Shown: positions 37,117-46,800 of the stretch, in pieces
Layout of the letters: every line of letters starts with the position of its first letter
Numbering within the stretch: the stretch's first letter is position 1
Assembly (NCBI GenBank): GCA_964236535.1
Contig: CAXSEF010000001.1
Span: forward strand, 69,818-133,817
Reading direction: 5' to 3'
Source: an uncultured Acetobacteraceae bacterium
GTDB taxonomy: Bacteria > Pseudomonadota > Alphaproteobacteria > Acetobacterales > Acetobacteraceae
Length of the DNA stretch: 64,000 nucleotides
Program-made: the position numbers and the translations under genes
The notes under the pieces: generated by a model
The model's input: the letters and a program-made list of their open reading frames with translations, nothing else
What the model was told of the DNA's origin: nothing
The model's database searches: none

Positions 37117-39111
37117 TCACGCGGAGGCGCCGGCCGCGTGGGTGGGCAAGGTGCCGGAGGCGGGGTCGTGCCTGGTGGCAGTGGCGGACAGGCCGTGCTG
37201 CGCCAGGGTGGCGGGCGACACGTCGTCCGGGCGGGTGGTGATGCGGGCGGTGGAGCGGCCGCGGGTGAGCTGGTCCACGTCGCGGACGGCGCCGCGCGAG
37301 GCGCTGGTGGCGAGCGCGGCATAGGCGCGCAGCGCGGTGGAGACGACGCGGTCGCGGCGGATGGGGCGCCAGGCGTCGTCGCCGCGCGCCTCCATGCGGG
37401 CGCGGCGGGCGGCCATCTCGGTAGGGTCGACAGCGACGCGCAGGATGCGGTCGGGTATGTCGATCTCGATGCGGTCGCCCTCCTCGACAAGGCCGAGAGC
37501 GCCGCCCTCCGCCGCCTCGGGCGAGACGTGGCCGATCGCGAGGCCCGAGGTGCCGCCGGAGAAGCGGCCGTCGGTGACCAGCGCGCAGGATTTCCCCAGG
37601 CCCTTGGATTTCAGGTAGCTGGTCGGGTAGAGCATCTCCTGCATGCCGGGGCCGCCCTTGGGGCCCTCGTAGCGGATGACGACGACGTCGCCCGATGCCA
37701 CACGGTTGCCGAGGATGGCGTCGACGGCGGCGTCCTGGCTCTCGAAGATGCGGGCCGGGCCGGCGAAGGACAGGGCGGCGGGGTCCACGCCTGCGGTCTT
37801 CACGATGGCGCCGTCCTCGGCGATGTTGCCGTGCAGCACGGCCAGGCCGCCGTCGCGGCTGAAGGCGTGGGCACTGTCGCGGATGACGCCGGCTGCGCGG
37901 TCGAGGTCGAGCTCGTCGTATCGGCTGGCCTGGCTGAACGCCTCGACGGTGCGCACGCCACCGGGTGCCGCGCTGAACAGGAGGCGGGCCTCCGGGGCGG
38001 CGGTGGGCTCGGCGATATCCCATTTGGCGAGCGCATGGCCCAGCGTCTGGGCGTGCACGGTGGGGACGTCGTGGTGGATCAGTCCGGCGCGGTCGAGCTC
38101 GCCGAGCAGCGCCATGATGCCGCCGGCGCGATGGATGTCCTCCATGTGCACGTTGGCCACCGAGGGCGAGACCTTGCACAGGTTGGGGACGCGCCGGCTG
38201 AGGCGGTCGATGTCGGTGATCGCGAAATCCACGTGGCCCTCCTGCGCAGCGGCGAGCAAATGGAGGACGGTGTTGGTCGAGCCGCCCATGGCGATGTCGA
38301 GCGACATGGCGTTCTCGAATGCCTGGAAGCTCGCGATGGTGCGCGGCAGGGCAGTGGCGTCGTCCTGTTCGTACCAGCGACGGGCGAGGTCGACGATCAG
38401 CCAGCCGGCCTCGACGAACAGACGGCGGCGGTCGGCATGGGTGGCGAGCGTGCTGCCGTTGCCGGGGAGCGCCAGGCCGAGCGCCTCGGTCAGGCAGTTC
38501 ATGGAATTGGCGGTGAACATGCCGGAACAGGAGCCGCAGGTCGGGCAGGCCGAGCGCTCCATCACCTCGGCCTCGGCGTCACTCACCTGGGGATCGGCGG
38601 CGGCGACCATGGCGGTGATCAGGTCGGCGCGTCGGGTGATGCCGGCGGTGGTGATCTTGCCGGCTTCCATCGGGCCACCGGACACGAACACCGCAGGGAT
38701 GTTCAGCCGCATCGCCGCCATCAGCATGCCGGGGGTGATCTTGTCGCAGTTGGAGATGCAGACCAGCGCGTCGGCGCAGTGCGCCTCGACCATGTACTCG
38801 ACCGCGTCGGCGATCAGCTCGCGCGACGGCAGGCTGTACAGCATGCCCTGGTGGCCCATCGCGATGCCGTCGTCGACGGCGATGGTGTTGAATTCCTTGG
38901 CGACGCCACCGGCCGCCTCGATCTCGCGCGCCACCAACTGGCCGAGGTCCTTGAGGTGGACGTGGCCGGGGACGAACTGGGTGAACGAGTTGGCGACGGC
39001 GACGATCGGCTTGTTGAAGTCGCCGTCCTGCATGCCGGTGGCACGCCAGAGAGCGCGGGCTCCAGCCATGTTGCGGCCGTGGGTGCTGGTGCGGGAACGG
39101 TAGGCAGGCAT
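37117..39111 (-). CDS. ilvD: Dihydroxy-acid dehydratase (about 45-aa C-terminal extension)
   Basis: 664 aa. Contains [60 protein letters not shown] and [11 protein letters not shown]. Confidence 0.93.
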   Translation of the reverse strand: MPAYRSRTSTHGRNMAGARALWRATGMQDGDFNKPIVAVANSFTQFVPGHVHLKDLGQLVAREIEAAGGVAKEFNTIAVDDGIAMGHQGMLYSLPSRELIADAVEYMVEAHCADALVCISNCDKITPGMLMAAMRLNIPAVFVSGGPMEAGKITTAGITRRADLITAMVAAADPQVSDAEAEVMERSACPTCGSCSGMFTANSMNCLTEALGLALPGNGSTLATHADRRRLFVEAGWLIVDLARRWYEQDDATALPRTIASFQAFENAMSLDIAMGGSTNTVLHLLAAAQEGHVDFAITDIDRLSRRVPNLCKVSPSVANVHMEDIHRAGGIMALLGELDRAGLIHHDVPTVHAQTLGHALAKWDIAEPTAAPEARLLFSAAPGGVRTVEAFSQASRYDELDLDRAAGVIRDSAHAFSRDGGLAVLHGNIAEDGAIVKTAGVDPAALSFAGPARIFESQDAAVDAILGNRVASGDVVVIRYEGPKGGPGMQEMLYPTSYLKSKGLGKSCALVTDGRFSGGTSGLAIGHVSPEAAEGGALGLVEEGDRIEIDIPDRILRVAVDPTEMAARRARMEARGDDAWRPIRRDRVVSTALRAYAALATSASRGAVRDVDQLTRGRSTARITTRPDDVSPATLAQHGLSATATRHDPASGTLPTHAAGASA

Positions 39112-39160
39112 GCTGGGGTTTCCTCGGCGGCGCGGCGAAGGTTAGCGTTGCGGCGGTGGC

Positions 39161-39230
39161 GAAGGCCAGGACAGGCAGGCGCATGAAGGAGTTTGCCCCG
39201 AACCCGCCAGGGCAGACCGCCCTGGATCGG
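39161..39230. repeat. Weak, degenerate stacked-hairpin repeat fragment
   Basis: Sequence is gaaggccaggacaggcaggc ... gccccgaacccgCCAGGGCagaccGCCCTGGatc. It shows only partial similarity to the family. Confidence 0.35.
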
Positions 39231-39325
39231 GATTTCTCGGGTTTGCGGCACATGGGCACCGCGTGCAGGCCGGGACAAGGGATCAGCCTCTGACGGGTGC
39301 AGGGGCCGATCCCTGAGAGTGCCTG

Positions 39326-39499
39326 CTATAGGACGGCGTTGCCCGCGGTAAGTGCAAGGACCAGGAAAACCAGGAAGATCGCGAGGAAGACGAAGAACAG
39401 AATCTTGGCGATGCCCGCGGTCGCTGCGGACAGACCCGAGAAGCCGAAGAAGCCGGCGATAATAGAGATTACGGCGAAGATGATGGCGTAGCGCAGCAT
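39326..39499 (-). CDS. UPF0391 / DUF1328 small membrane protein (57 aa)
   Basis: Below the ORF-track size cutoff, so translated by hand: [57 protein letters not shown]. This is the typical UPF0391 (YtjA-like) sequence pattern. Confidence 0.8.
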   Translation of the reverse strand: MLRYAIIFAVISIIAGFFGFSGLSAATAGIAKILFFVFLAIFLVFLVLALTAGNAVL

Positions 39500-39643
39500 G
39501 TCGAAGTGCTCCCACAGGTTCCGACGTCAGAGGTCAGACCCGGGACAACGTACTGACACATAGCCGGTTGCACAATCGCGTGACACGGCCGGTTGGCGCG
39601 ACGTGCGGCCGGAGCAGGTGCCCGGCCGCGCGTCGCAGCAGGC

Positions 39644-40165
39644 TCAGCGCGGAGAAAGCACCATGATCATCTGGCGGTTCTCCATGCGCGGCATCTGCTC
39701 GACCTTGGTCTTGTCGTCCATGTCGGTGCGGATGCGCTCCAGCACCTTCACTCCGAGGTCCTGGTGGGCCATCTCGCGGCCGCGAAAGCGCAGGGTGACC
39801 TTGACCTTGTCGCCCTCGTCGATGAACGAGTTCATGGCGCGCAACTTGACTTGGTAGTCATGGTCGTCGATATTTGGACGGACCTTGACCTCCTTGATCT
39901 CGATGACTTTCTGCTTCTTCTTGGCCTCGTTCTTCTTCTTCTGGGCTTCGTACTTGAACTTGCCATAGTCGACCATCTTGACGACGGGCGGGTCGGCGTT
40001 CGGGCTGATCTCGAGCAGGTCCAGGCCGATGGCGTAGGCTCTCAGCAACGCGTCGCGCGCGCCCATCACGCCCTGCATCTCGCCCTCGGCGTCGATCAGG
40101 CGCACCTGGGGAACGCGGATGTCCTCGTTAACTCTGGGTCCGTCGCGGCTCGGGGCGGCAGACAT
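39644..40165 (-). CDS. infC: Translation initiation factor IF-3 (start codon uncertain)
   Basis: Contains [48 protein letters not shown] and [19 protein letters not shown] chose ATG at 40165 (MSAAPSRDG..). The ORF track extends to 40390, but that upstream part is not IF-3-like. An in-frame ATA lies 5 codons upstream. Confidence 0.85.
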   Translation of the reverse strand: MSAAPSRDGPRVNEDIRVPQVRLIDAEGEMQGVMGARDALLRAYAIGLDLLEISPNADPPVVKMVDYGKFKYEAQKKKNEAKKKQKVIEIKEVKVRPNIDDHDYQVKLRAMNSFIDEGDKVKVTLRFRGREMAHQDLGVKVLERIRTDMDDKTKVEQMPRMENRQMIMVLSPR

Positions 40166-40423
40166 GGGTCCTCTGGCTATCGATCGTCTCCTTGGTCGTT
40201 TCGATGTCGCGGCATCGGGCGAGCCGCGGGGCAGTCTTGGGCTCTCCGTCGGGCCCGGGCAAGCATTCTCGTCGGCAGACGTTGACAAAGCATGACATGG
40301 GGGTGCAGGCGGCCGGCGTTCAAGCCTGAAGCGGCGGGCGGCACCGGGCAGAGGCCGGTCAGGACGCGAGTATGGGCTCTCCCATAGCACTATGCCGACG
40401 GCTTAAACAGGCCGTCCGAGCCG

Positions 40424-40549
40424 TGGGTGGGCTCCGCGCAGACCCGCCAGAGCCGGAATTGCTGAGGAACGCCCTGCCTTGAACATAAGGATTCTCGAGG
40501 CGTGCCTTGAGCGGAGTCCAGAGGCGGCGCTTCTGGACTTGCCTTGCAG
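40424..40549 (+). repeat. Stacked-hairpin repeat, diverged full copy
   Basis: Left part is gtgggctccgcgcagacccgccagagcc. Right part is ggattctcgaggcgtgccttgagcggagtCCAGAggcggcgctTCTGGacttgccttgc. Confidence 0.65.
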
Positions 40550-40554
40550 GCGTC

Positions 40555-41358
40555 TCAGGGGTCGTCCAGGGCCTCGCGCAGGCTGCGGAGGACGGCCGGC
40601 TCCGGGTCGAGCGGCGTGTCGTCGAGGCGGAGGAGCGCGCGCACGCCGAGGCTGGAGACGGCGAAGGCGGCCTGGGCCGGGCGCCCGGGGTGGAGGGGGG
40701 CCTCGCGGACGCCGCAGCGCTCGATCATCAGGGCGCGCGCGATGCCGGGCAGCGCGCCGTCGGCGAGTGGCGGGGTGAGCAGGGACGTGCCGGACAGCAG
40801 CACCAGGTTGGCGACCGTGGTCTCGGCGAGGCGGCCCTGAGTGTTGAGCAGCACCGCCTCGTCGGCGCCGCATGTGGCGGCTTCGCGGCGGGCGAGCAGG
40901 CTGTCGCCGTAGTTCAGCGACTTGATGCGCGACAGCGGGGAGAACTCGTTGCGCCGGGTGCCGCGAGCGACGACCGCGGTGATGGGGGTGATGGCGGCCG
41001 TGCCGGCGGCGACGGTGAGCAGGACGGTGGGACGGGCGTGCTCCGGTGGCGCGAGGCCGCGCGGTCCAGGGCCGCGGGTCAGGGTCAGGCGGGCCGAGCC
41101 GTCCGCCGCCTGGTTATCGGCGCAGAGCGCCATCAGGGCGTCGTGCAGCGCCGGGTCGGAGTGGGGCATGGCGATGTCGAGCAGGGCGGCGGCGGCGTGC
41201 AGGCGCCGGAGGTGGCGTTCCCAGTGCATGGGGCTGCCGGCGCGAATGCGGATGGTCTCGAACACGCCGTCGGCGAGGAGCAGGCCGCGGTCGGCGGGCG
41301 CGATGCGGGCGATTGCTTCCGACGTGAGCGCGCCGTCGAGCCAGACCGTCGGGCTCAT
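40555..41358 (-). CDS. pabC: Class IV aminotransferase-fold protein, probable aminodeoxychorismate lyase
   Basis: 267 aa. Contains RGLLLADGVFETIR, HLRRL, RIKSLNY and LLNT.G.LAE....N. It lies 16 nt downstream of pabB on the same strand. Confidence 0.7.
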   Translation of the reverse strand: MSPTVWLDGALTSEAIARIAPADRGLLLADGVFETIRIRAGSPMHWERHLRRLHAAAALLDIAMPHSDPALHDALMALCADNQAADGSARLTLTRGPGPRGLAPPEHARPTVLLTVAAGTAAITPITAVVARGTRRNEFSPLSRIKSLNYGDSLLARREAATCGADEAVLLNTQGRLAETTVANLVLLSGTSLLTPPLADGALPGIARALMIERCGVREAPLHPGRPAQAAFAVSSLGVRALLRLDDTPLDPEPAVLRSLREALDDP

Positions 41359-41374
41359 CCGCCGCAGGTCCGGG

Positions 41375-42886
41375 TCACCGTCCGAAGATGCGCAGCAGGG
41401 GTGCCACCTTGGTCAGCATCTCGTCGTACTCGTCGTCGGGGTCGGAATCGCTGACCACCGCGCCGCCGGCCTGGGCGACGATGCGCTCCGGGGTGAGCAC
41501 CAGGCTGCGGATGACGATCGAGCTGTCCATCGCGCCGTCGAAGCCGATCGCGACCACCGACCCGCAGTACGGGCCGCGGCGGGCGCCTTCCAGCGCGTCG
41601 ATGACCTCCAGGGCGCGTATCTTGGGTGCGCCGGTGACCGAGCCGCCGGGGAAGGTGGCGCGCAGCAGGTCGACCGCGCCGAGACCGGGCCGCAGGCGAC
41701 CGCGCACCACCGAGACCAGATGGTGCACGCTGGCGAAGCTCTCGACCCCGAACAGCGCGGGGACGGAGATGCTGCCGATGCGGCAGACACGGCCGAGATC
41801 ATTGCGCATCAGGTCGACGATCATCAGGTTCTCGGCGCGGTCCTTCTCGCTGTCGGCGAGCTCCTGCCTGAGCGCGTCGTCCTCGTCGGTGGTGGCGCCG
41901 CGCGGTCGGGTACCCTTGATCGGGCGGGTCTCGATCCAGCCATTCGCGTCGAGGCGGAGGAAGCGCTCGGGCGAGGCGCTGGCGAGGCAGAGGCGCGGGC
42001 CGCAGCGCAGGAAGGCGGCGAACGGGTTGGGGCTGGCGGCGTGCAACGCGAGGTGGACCGCCTCGGGGGCCAGGCCCGCCGGGCGGGGAGCCAGATGGCG
42101 CATGGAAACGTTGACCTCGAAGATGTCACCGGCGCGGATCAGCTCCTGCGCCTGGCGCACCCTGTCGGCGTAGCCGGCGCGGCCGAGCTCGGGCCGCCAG
42201 TCGAGCGGCGTCAGGGCGGGAGGTGGGGCCGTGACGTGTCGGGTGGTGGCCAGGCGGGCGATGGCGGCGGCGGCGCGGCGGGTCGCGCGCTCGGCACGGG
42301 CGCGCGGATCGGGTTCGGGCAGGCCGGACGCCAGCACCCAGGCGCGTCGCTCGGCGCGGTCGAAGCCGATGACGAGATCGTAGAGGCCGACCCAGAGGTC
42401 GGGGATGGCGAGGTCCTCGAGGTGACGGCACGGCAGGCGCTCGAGCCAGCGGCCGAGCCCGTAGCCGAGCAGGCCGACCGCGCCGCCAGCGAACGGCACC
42501 GGGCCGCAGCCGGGCTCCAGGCGGTGACGGCGCAGCTCGGCGGCGAGCACCGAGAACGGGTCGCCCTGAACCGCGACGCCGTCGACCCGCACGGCGCCGG
42601 CGGGGTGCGGGTCCCTGCCCTGCCCGGCCGGTGCCGCGGTGCCGCCGAGGCTCGTCCCGCGAGGACCCGCCTCGCACGTGATGGTGCGGAACGGCTCCAC
42701 GCAGAGGGTGCTGTAGCGGCTGCGACCGTCGATCGGGCCGGCGCTGTCGAGAAAGGCCAGTCCGGCGCTGCCGGCCCAGGCGGCGAAGGCGGCGGCGGGT
42801 TCGATCCAGGGCAGCTCGCGCACCAGCAGGCCGCGGCTCAGGCCGGGCGCGTTGCGGGGTTCCGGCGGGGAGATGGCGTTGCTCAT
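41375..42886 (-). CDS. pabB: Aminodeoxychorismate synthase component I (chorismate-binding enzyme)
   Basis: 503 aa. Contains DIFEVNVS, GTRPRG, DRAENLMIVDLMRNDLGRV, FPGGSVTGAPKIRA and RGPYCGS. Confidence 0.8.
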   Translation of the reverse strand: MSNAISPPEPRNAPGLSRGLLVRELPWIEPAAAFAAWAGSAGLAFLDSAGPIDGRSRYSTLCVEPFRTITCEAGPRGTSLGGTAAPAGQGRDPHPAGAVRVDGVAVQGDPFSVLAAELRRHRLEPGCGPVPFAGGAVGLLGYGLGRWLERLPCRHLEDLAIPDLWVGLYDLVIGFDRAERRAWVLASGLPEPDPRARAERATRRAAAAIARLATTRHVTAPPPALTPLDWRPELGRAGYADRVRQAQELIRAGDIFEVNVSMRHLAPRPAGLAPEAVHLALHAASPNPFAAFLRCGPRLCLASASPERFLRLDANGWIETRPIKGTRPRGATTDEDDALRQELADSEKDRAENLMIVDLMRNDLGRVCRIGSISVPALFGVESFASVHHLVSVVRGRLRPGLGAVDLLRATFPGGSVTGAPKIRALEVIDALEGARRGPYCGSVVAIGFDGAMDSSIVIRSLVLTPERIVAQAGGAVVSDSDPDDEYDEMLTKVAPLLRIFGR

Positions 42887-42944
42887 CGCGGCGCGAGAGC
42901 GTCCGGACGCCGGAACGAGCCGACTGCCGGCTGCGCTCGCACGC

Positions 42945-43589
42945 TCAGATCCGCTCGCTCACCGCGATTGCGACCTTGCAGCCGGTCTTGATCAGCGCGC
43001 AGAGCACCTTGTAGCCCGGCGTCAGCTCGGCCTCGTTGTCCAGGCCGATGTCGCGGTGCTCCAGCTCCTCCTCGCGGAAGGCGTCGATGGTGGCGCGCAG
43101 CTCGGCCTCGTCCTCGCCGAGCGCCTCGTACTGGGCGGCGTAGTGCTCGTCGATCGCCTCCTCGACGGCGACCGTGCAGGCCATCGCGGCTCGCTCGCCG
43201 AGGGCTGCGGTCGCGGCGCCGAGCGCGAAGCCGGCAATGTGCCAGAGTGGCAGCAGCAGGGTCGGGCGGACACGGCGGCTGGCGACCAGGCCGGCGAAGG
43301 TGTCGAGGTGGACCTGCTCCTGGGCCTGCATGTGGCGCAGGATGTCGGCCTTGTCGCTCGCGTGCAGGACGGCGAGCTGGCCCTGGTAGATGCGCTTGGC
43401 GCCGTATTCGCCGGCGTGGTCGACGCGAATCAGGCGCTCCAGGAACTGGCGCGGGGTCGGGTCGCCGGGCAGACGGGCGCCAGCGGGGCGCGGCGGCGGG
43501 CTTGCGGCGGGGCGCGTGGGGGGATCCGATGCGGTCGAGGCCGTAGAAGCGAGGGCTGTCCCGGCGTTCAGGCTGGTGTGGTCGTCCAT
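42945..43589 (-). CDS. coq7: Demethoxyubiquinone hydroxylase, COQ7 family (di-iron carboxylate)
   Basis: Start set at ATG 43589 (MDDHTSL), preceded by GGAGG. Contains RVDHAGEYGAKRIYQGQ, EQVHL, VEEAIDEHY and EEELEHRD (ExxH di-iron motifs). Confidence 0.85.
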   Translation of the reverse strand: MDDHTSLNAGTALASTASTASDPPTRPAASPPPRPAGARLPGDPTPRQFLERLIRVDHAGEYGAKRIYQGQLAVLHASDKADILRHMQAQEQVHLDTFAGLVASRRVRPTLLLPLWHIAGFALGAATAALGERAAMACTVAVEEAIDEHYAAQYEALGEDEAELRATIDAFREEELEHRDIGLDNEAELTPGYKVLCALIKTGCKVAIAVSERI

Positions 43590-44179
43590 GGCTGCCTCCG
43601 CGCGCTGCGTGACAGGGAGATGGCGAGACCGGCGGCGAACACCAGGGCGTACAGGCCGCCGAACGCCGCCATCGACACCGGCAGACCCGGCACCAGGAAG
43701 GTGGGCGCCTCGCAGGGCTTGGATGGATGGGCGGGCATCGCGGCAAGGCGCGCCGCGAGGGCGCTGGCGGCGGTGGCGGGGTCGGCGGCGCCAGTGGGAA
43801 GGGCGGCGGCGAGGCGCGGCGCGGCGCATTCGGGCAGCGGGCTCGGCCACCACCCCTGCTCGACGCCGACATGCAGCGCGCCGAGCCCGGCAGCCACGCC
43901 GAAGGCGGCGGCGGCGAGCCAGAGCAGCGCGCGCGCGCCACGCGGGCGCAGCACGGCAGCCAGCAGCGCGAGGGCGATCACCACCCGGTACGGCCAGCGC
44001 TCGACCAGGCAGAGCGCGCAGGGCACCAGGCCGGCGAGGCGCTCCGCACCCTGTGCCACCGCGAGGGCGAACGCGCCGCCGCTCGCCGCGGCGAGCGCCA
44101 GCCCGGTGTTGCGCTGCGGCGGCGTGGCCACGCCGCGGGCGGGCGTGACCTGGGCAGTGTTGCCGGATGCTTCGCTCAT
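43568..44179 (-). CDS. dsbB: Disulfide bond formation protein B family
   Basis: 203 aa with about four TM segments. PCALCLVERWPY matches the DsbB CxxC-I/L-x-ER motif. A second Cys pair is present (PLPECAAP ... KPCEAP). The 3' end overlaps coq7 by 22 nt. Confidence 0.75.
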   Translation of the reverse strand: MSEASGNTAQVTPARGVATPPQRNTGLALAAASGGAFALAVAQGAERLAGLVPCALCLVERWPYRVVIALALLAAVLRPRGARALLWLAAAAFGVAAGLGALHVGVEQGWWPSPLPECAAPRLAAALPTGAADPATAASALAARLAAMPAHPSKPCEAPTFLVPGLPVSMAAFGGLYALVFAAGLAISLSRSARRQPWTTTPA

Positions 44180-44409
44180 GGTCCTGCTATGAACTGGCGG
44201 GACGGCCGGAACAACCCGTCGCGGCGATCGTTGCAGTTCAGTGGCGGTCTCGGCTGCGGTCGAGCTTTGGGCGCGTTTCTTGGAAGCGGCGTGACTGGAC
44301 GCGCCAATACTCCGCGGCGGCGAGCCTGTTCATGTCGCTGTGCACCACTCTTGCTTGGCGCGGGTGGCACCTGTACGTTTGGGCGACCAATACGGTTCGG
44401 AGAACGAGA

Positions 44410-44775
44410 ATGAATCTGCGCGGTCTGCTGGATACCGTCCGCAATGCCCTCGGTCAGGGCGGCAAGGCGACCAGCCCTGCGCCGTCCGCTGCGCCGCGCC
44501 CCGCTGCGCCGACACCTCGCCCGGTGTCCGCCGCGCCCCCTGCCCCGATTTCGGCACCGGTCCCGGCACCGGTGGAGGATTCGGCGGCCAAGACCCCTGC
44601 CCTGTCGACCACGGCCACCCTGGTCCGCTCGGTGCGCGCCGGCGGACAGGTGCTGCCGGCGGGCACCGCGGTGCGTATCGTGACCATCCACGGCAAGGGC
44701 AGCGCCTACACCGTACAGTTCAGCGCATCCGCAGCGATGGCAACGATTGAAGGCGGCGCCCTGCGCATCGGCTGA
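44410..44775 (+). CDS. Hypothetical protein (Pro/Ala-rich linker plus a small beta-rich C-terminal domain)
   Basis: ATG 44410 is preceded by GGAG. The 121-aa product begins MNLRGLLDTVRNALGQGG. Codon position 3 is G/C-rich in this frame. No family recognised. Confidence 0.45.
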   Translation: MNLRGLLDTVRNALGQGGKATSPAPSAAPRPAAPTPRPVSAAPPAPISAPVPAPVEDSAAKTPALSTTATLVRSVRAGGQVLPAGTAVRIVTIHGKGSAYTVQFSASAAMATIEGGALRIG

Positions 44776-44973
44776 AAGCCTGTTCGGGACTCCACTCTGC
44801 CGGTCATCTGACGCGCTTGCGCCGTGCTCCGATGCTCAAGGCCCTCCTGGGGGCCGCTCCGCTCCGATGCTCGCACAAGCGCGCCAGCTGACTCGGCAGA
44901 GCGAGTTCGCGGAGAAGCTTTCAGGCACTCGATCGGCCCTGGACGGGCTCAAGGGTATTCACGGGCATGGAGG

Positions 44974-45033
44974 CCGGTCCGGGGGCGGCTCGCCTCTGGC
45001 GGGTCTGGGCAGAGCCCAGCCTTGGCTTTGCTG
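44974..45033 (-). repeat. Stacked-hairpin repeat, half copy (A-type end) abutting a stop codon
   Basis: Sequence is ccggtccgggggcggctcgcctctggcgggtCTGGGCagaGCCCAGccttggctttgctg. It is followed directly by CTA, the complement of the flavoprotein gene's TAG. Confidence 0.75.
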
Positions 45034-46584
45034 CTAGTACACGTCGCGCTGGTAGCGCCCCTGGCGGGCGAGGGTGGCGATCCATTCCCTGGCCTGGGGC
45101 TCGTCGAGCCCGCCCTGTGTCATGGCGACCCGACGGAGCGCCAGGTCGACGTCGCGGGCCATGCGCGAGGCGTCGCCGCAGACGTAGAACGCGGCCCCGC
45201 CCTGCAGCCAGCGCCACAGCCTCTCGCCGTGCTCGGCCATGCGGTCCTGCACGTAGATCTTGCGCGCCTGGTCGCGCGAAAAGGCGGTGTCGAGGCGGCC
45301 GAGGGTGCCGTCGGCCAGCCAGGCCCGCAGTTCGGTCTCGAACAGGAAGTCGGTGGACTGGTGCTGGTCGCCGAAGAACAGCCAGGTGCGGCCTTTCAGG
45401 CCGAGGGCGGCACGCTCCTGCAGGAAGGCGCGGAACGGGGCGATGCCGGTGCCGGGACCGCACATGATGACCGCAATTGCGGGGTCGGCGGGCAGGCGGA
45501 AATGGCTGGTGGTGACGCTGACCGGGATCGGGCCGTGGGTGTGGGCGTGGTGGGCGAGGAAGGCGCTGGCGATGCCGAGGCGGGTGCGGCCGCGTCGCTC
45601 GGCGCGGACCACGCCGACGCAGAGGTGCACCTGGCCGGGGGTGGCGCGCGGCGATGAGGCGATCGAATACAGGCGGGGCTTGAGCGCGGGGAGCGAGCGC
45701 GCGAGGTCGGCTGGCGCGGGGCGGGCGGAGGGAAAGGCCTGCAGCAGGTCGAGCAGGTCGGCGTCGGCGGGCTCGGCGCCGTCGTCGGTGAGGCGGCGCA
45801 GGGCGGCGGCGTGGTCCGGGTCGGATGCGCTCATCGCCAGGAGGTCGGTGGTGCGGTCCTGCGGGCGGGCGATGTCGTACTGGGTGGCGAAGGCCTCGCG
45901 CAGCGGGCGCTCCCGGCCGTCGGGACAGGCGACGGGCTCGTCGCCGCTGGCGCCCATGGCGGCGAGGGTGGCGTCGAGCAGAACGGGGTCGTTGGGCGCG
46001 GCGATACCGAGGCTGTCGCCAGCCTCGTAGCGCAGGCCGCTGGTTTCGAGGTCGATGACCACGTGGCGGACGTCCTTGGCGGAGCCGTCGGCGGTGAGGC
46101 GGGTGGCAGAGAGCACGCGCGCCATGACGGGCGCGGCCTTGCTGGCCGGCAGCGCGGCAGGGGCGGTGGAGGTGGCCGGTGTGGCTGCAGGGGTGGCGGC
46201 GAGCAGCTCCTTGATCCTGCGCTGCGTGGGCCTGGCGCCGGGGACGCAGAGGCTGGTAGCGGTCTCGACGCCATCGGCGAGGGCCTCGGCGTAGGTCTGG
46301 CAGAGGTAGCCGCACTGGCCGCAGTCGAGCTGCGCCATCGCCGCCATCAGGGTGCGCCGGAGCGGCTTGCCGGCGGCGAGCGACAGGCGCTCGTCCATCT
46401 CCAGCGCCGGGTCGTGCCAGGGGAACTCCTCGTCGTCGGGGAGCGCCTCGCCGGCCGGCAGCGGGGGCTGGGCAGCGCTGGAGCCGTAGAGGCCGGCGAG
46501 GAAACCGTTGAGCCAGGCGCGCTGCTGCGGGGTGAACGGGGCGTTGTCGGGGATCATTGGGGTCGGTGGGGTGATCGCGTTCAT
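45034..46584 (-). CDS. Sulfite/nitrite reductase flavoprotein-like subunit (FAD/NAD(P)H domains, no flavodoxin domain)
   Basis: Start set at ATG 46584 (MNAITPP...). The longer track ORF reads into a repeat. Contains a Cys motif LDCGQCGYLCQTY, an FAD-binding motif RLYSIASS, and GPGTGIAPFRAF plus YVCGDA (NADPH domain). Confidence 0.82.
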   Translation of the reverse strand: MNAITPPTPMIPDNAPFTPQQRAWLNGFLAGLYGSSAAQPPLPAGEALPDDEEFPWHDPALEMDERLSLAAGKPLRRTLMAAMAQLDCGQCGYLCQTYAEALADGVETATSLCVPGARPTQRRIKELLAATPAATPATSTAPAALPASKAAPVMARVLSATRLTADGSAKDVRHVVIDLETSGLRYEAGDSLGIAAPNDPVLLDATLAAMGASGDEPVACPDGRERPLREAFATQYDIARPQDRTTDLLAMSASDPDHAAALRRLTDDGAEPADADLLDLLQAFPSARPAPADLARSLPALKPRLYSIASSPRATPGQVHLCVGVVRAERRGRTRLGIASAFLAHHAHTHGPIPVSVTTSHFRLPADPAIAVIMCGPGTGIAPFRAFLQERAALGLKGRTWLFFGDQHQSTDFLFETELRAWLADGTLGRLDTAFSRDQARKIYVQDRMAEHGERLWRWLQGGAAFYVCGDASRMARDVDLALRRVAMTQGGLDEPQAREWIATLARQGRYQRDVY

Positions 46585-46610
46585 CGCTCGGGTTCTGGGA
46601 GGAGACAACT

Positions 46611-46675
46611 CAGGCAAAGAAAGGCGAGGCCAGGGCTCTGCCCTGGACCTGCTGGGGCCTGAGGCCCCAGACCCA
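46611..46675 (+). repeat. Stacked-hairpin repeat, short variant
   Basis: Sequence is caggcaaagaaaggcgaggCCAGGGCtctGCCCTGGacctgCTGGGGCCtgaGGCCCCAGaccc. Confidence 0.7.
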
Positions 46676-46800
46676 AACATGAAAGAGGCGGCACACTGGT
46701 GGGCTTTGTGCCGCTCGGCTTTTCGCATGCCGGTCCAGAAGTGCTGCCCCTGACGGGTCCGCGTCTTGGGCGAGGGGGCAATGCCCTTGCCTTGACTGCT

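Noticed and set aside
34616-37324. 902-aa plus ORF and several 300-500-aa ORFs over the DapA-like, dadA and ilvD region.
   Set aside because: They are antisense to three well-supported minus-strand genes, and their translations are low complexity.
44167-44409. Upstream extension of the 44410 ORF to 44167 (202 aa in the track).
   Set aside because: The extension overlaps the dsbB start on the opposite strand and lacks an SD. ATG 44410 has a GGAG box, so the shorter model is preferred.
46585-46728. Longer N-terminus for the flavoprotein (track start 46728), and similarly for the reductase (49122), the FNT channel (49919), the GT4 gene (58379) and coq7 (43853).
   Set aside because: The extra N-terminal segments read through repeats or neighbouring genes and are Arg/Pro-rich nonsense. 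Internal ATGs with SD-like boxes give lengths and N-termini typical of each family.
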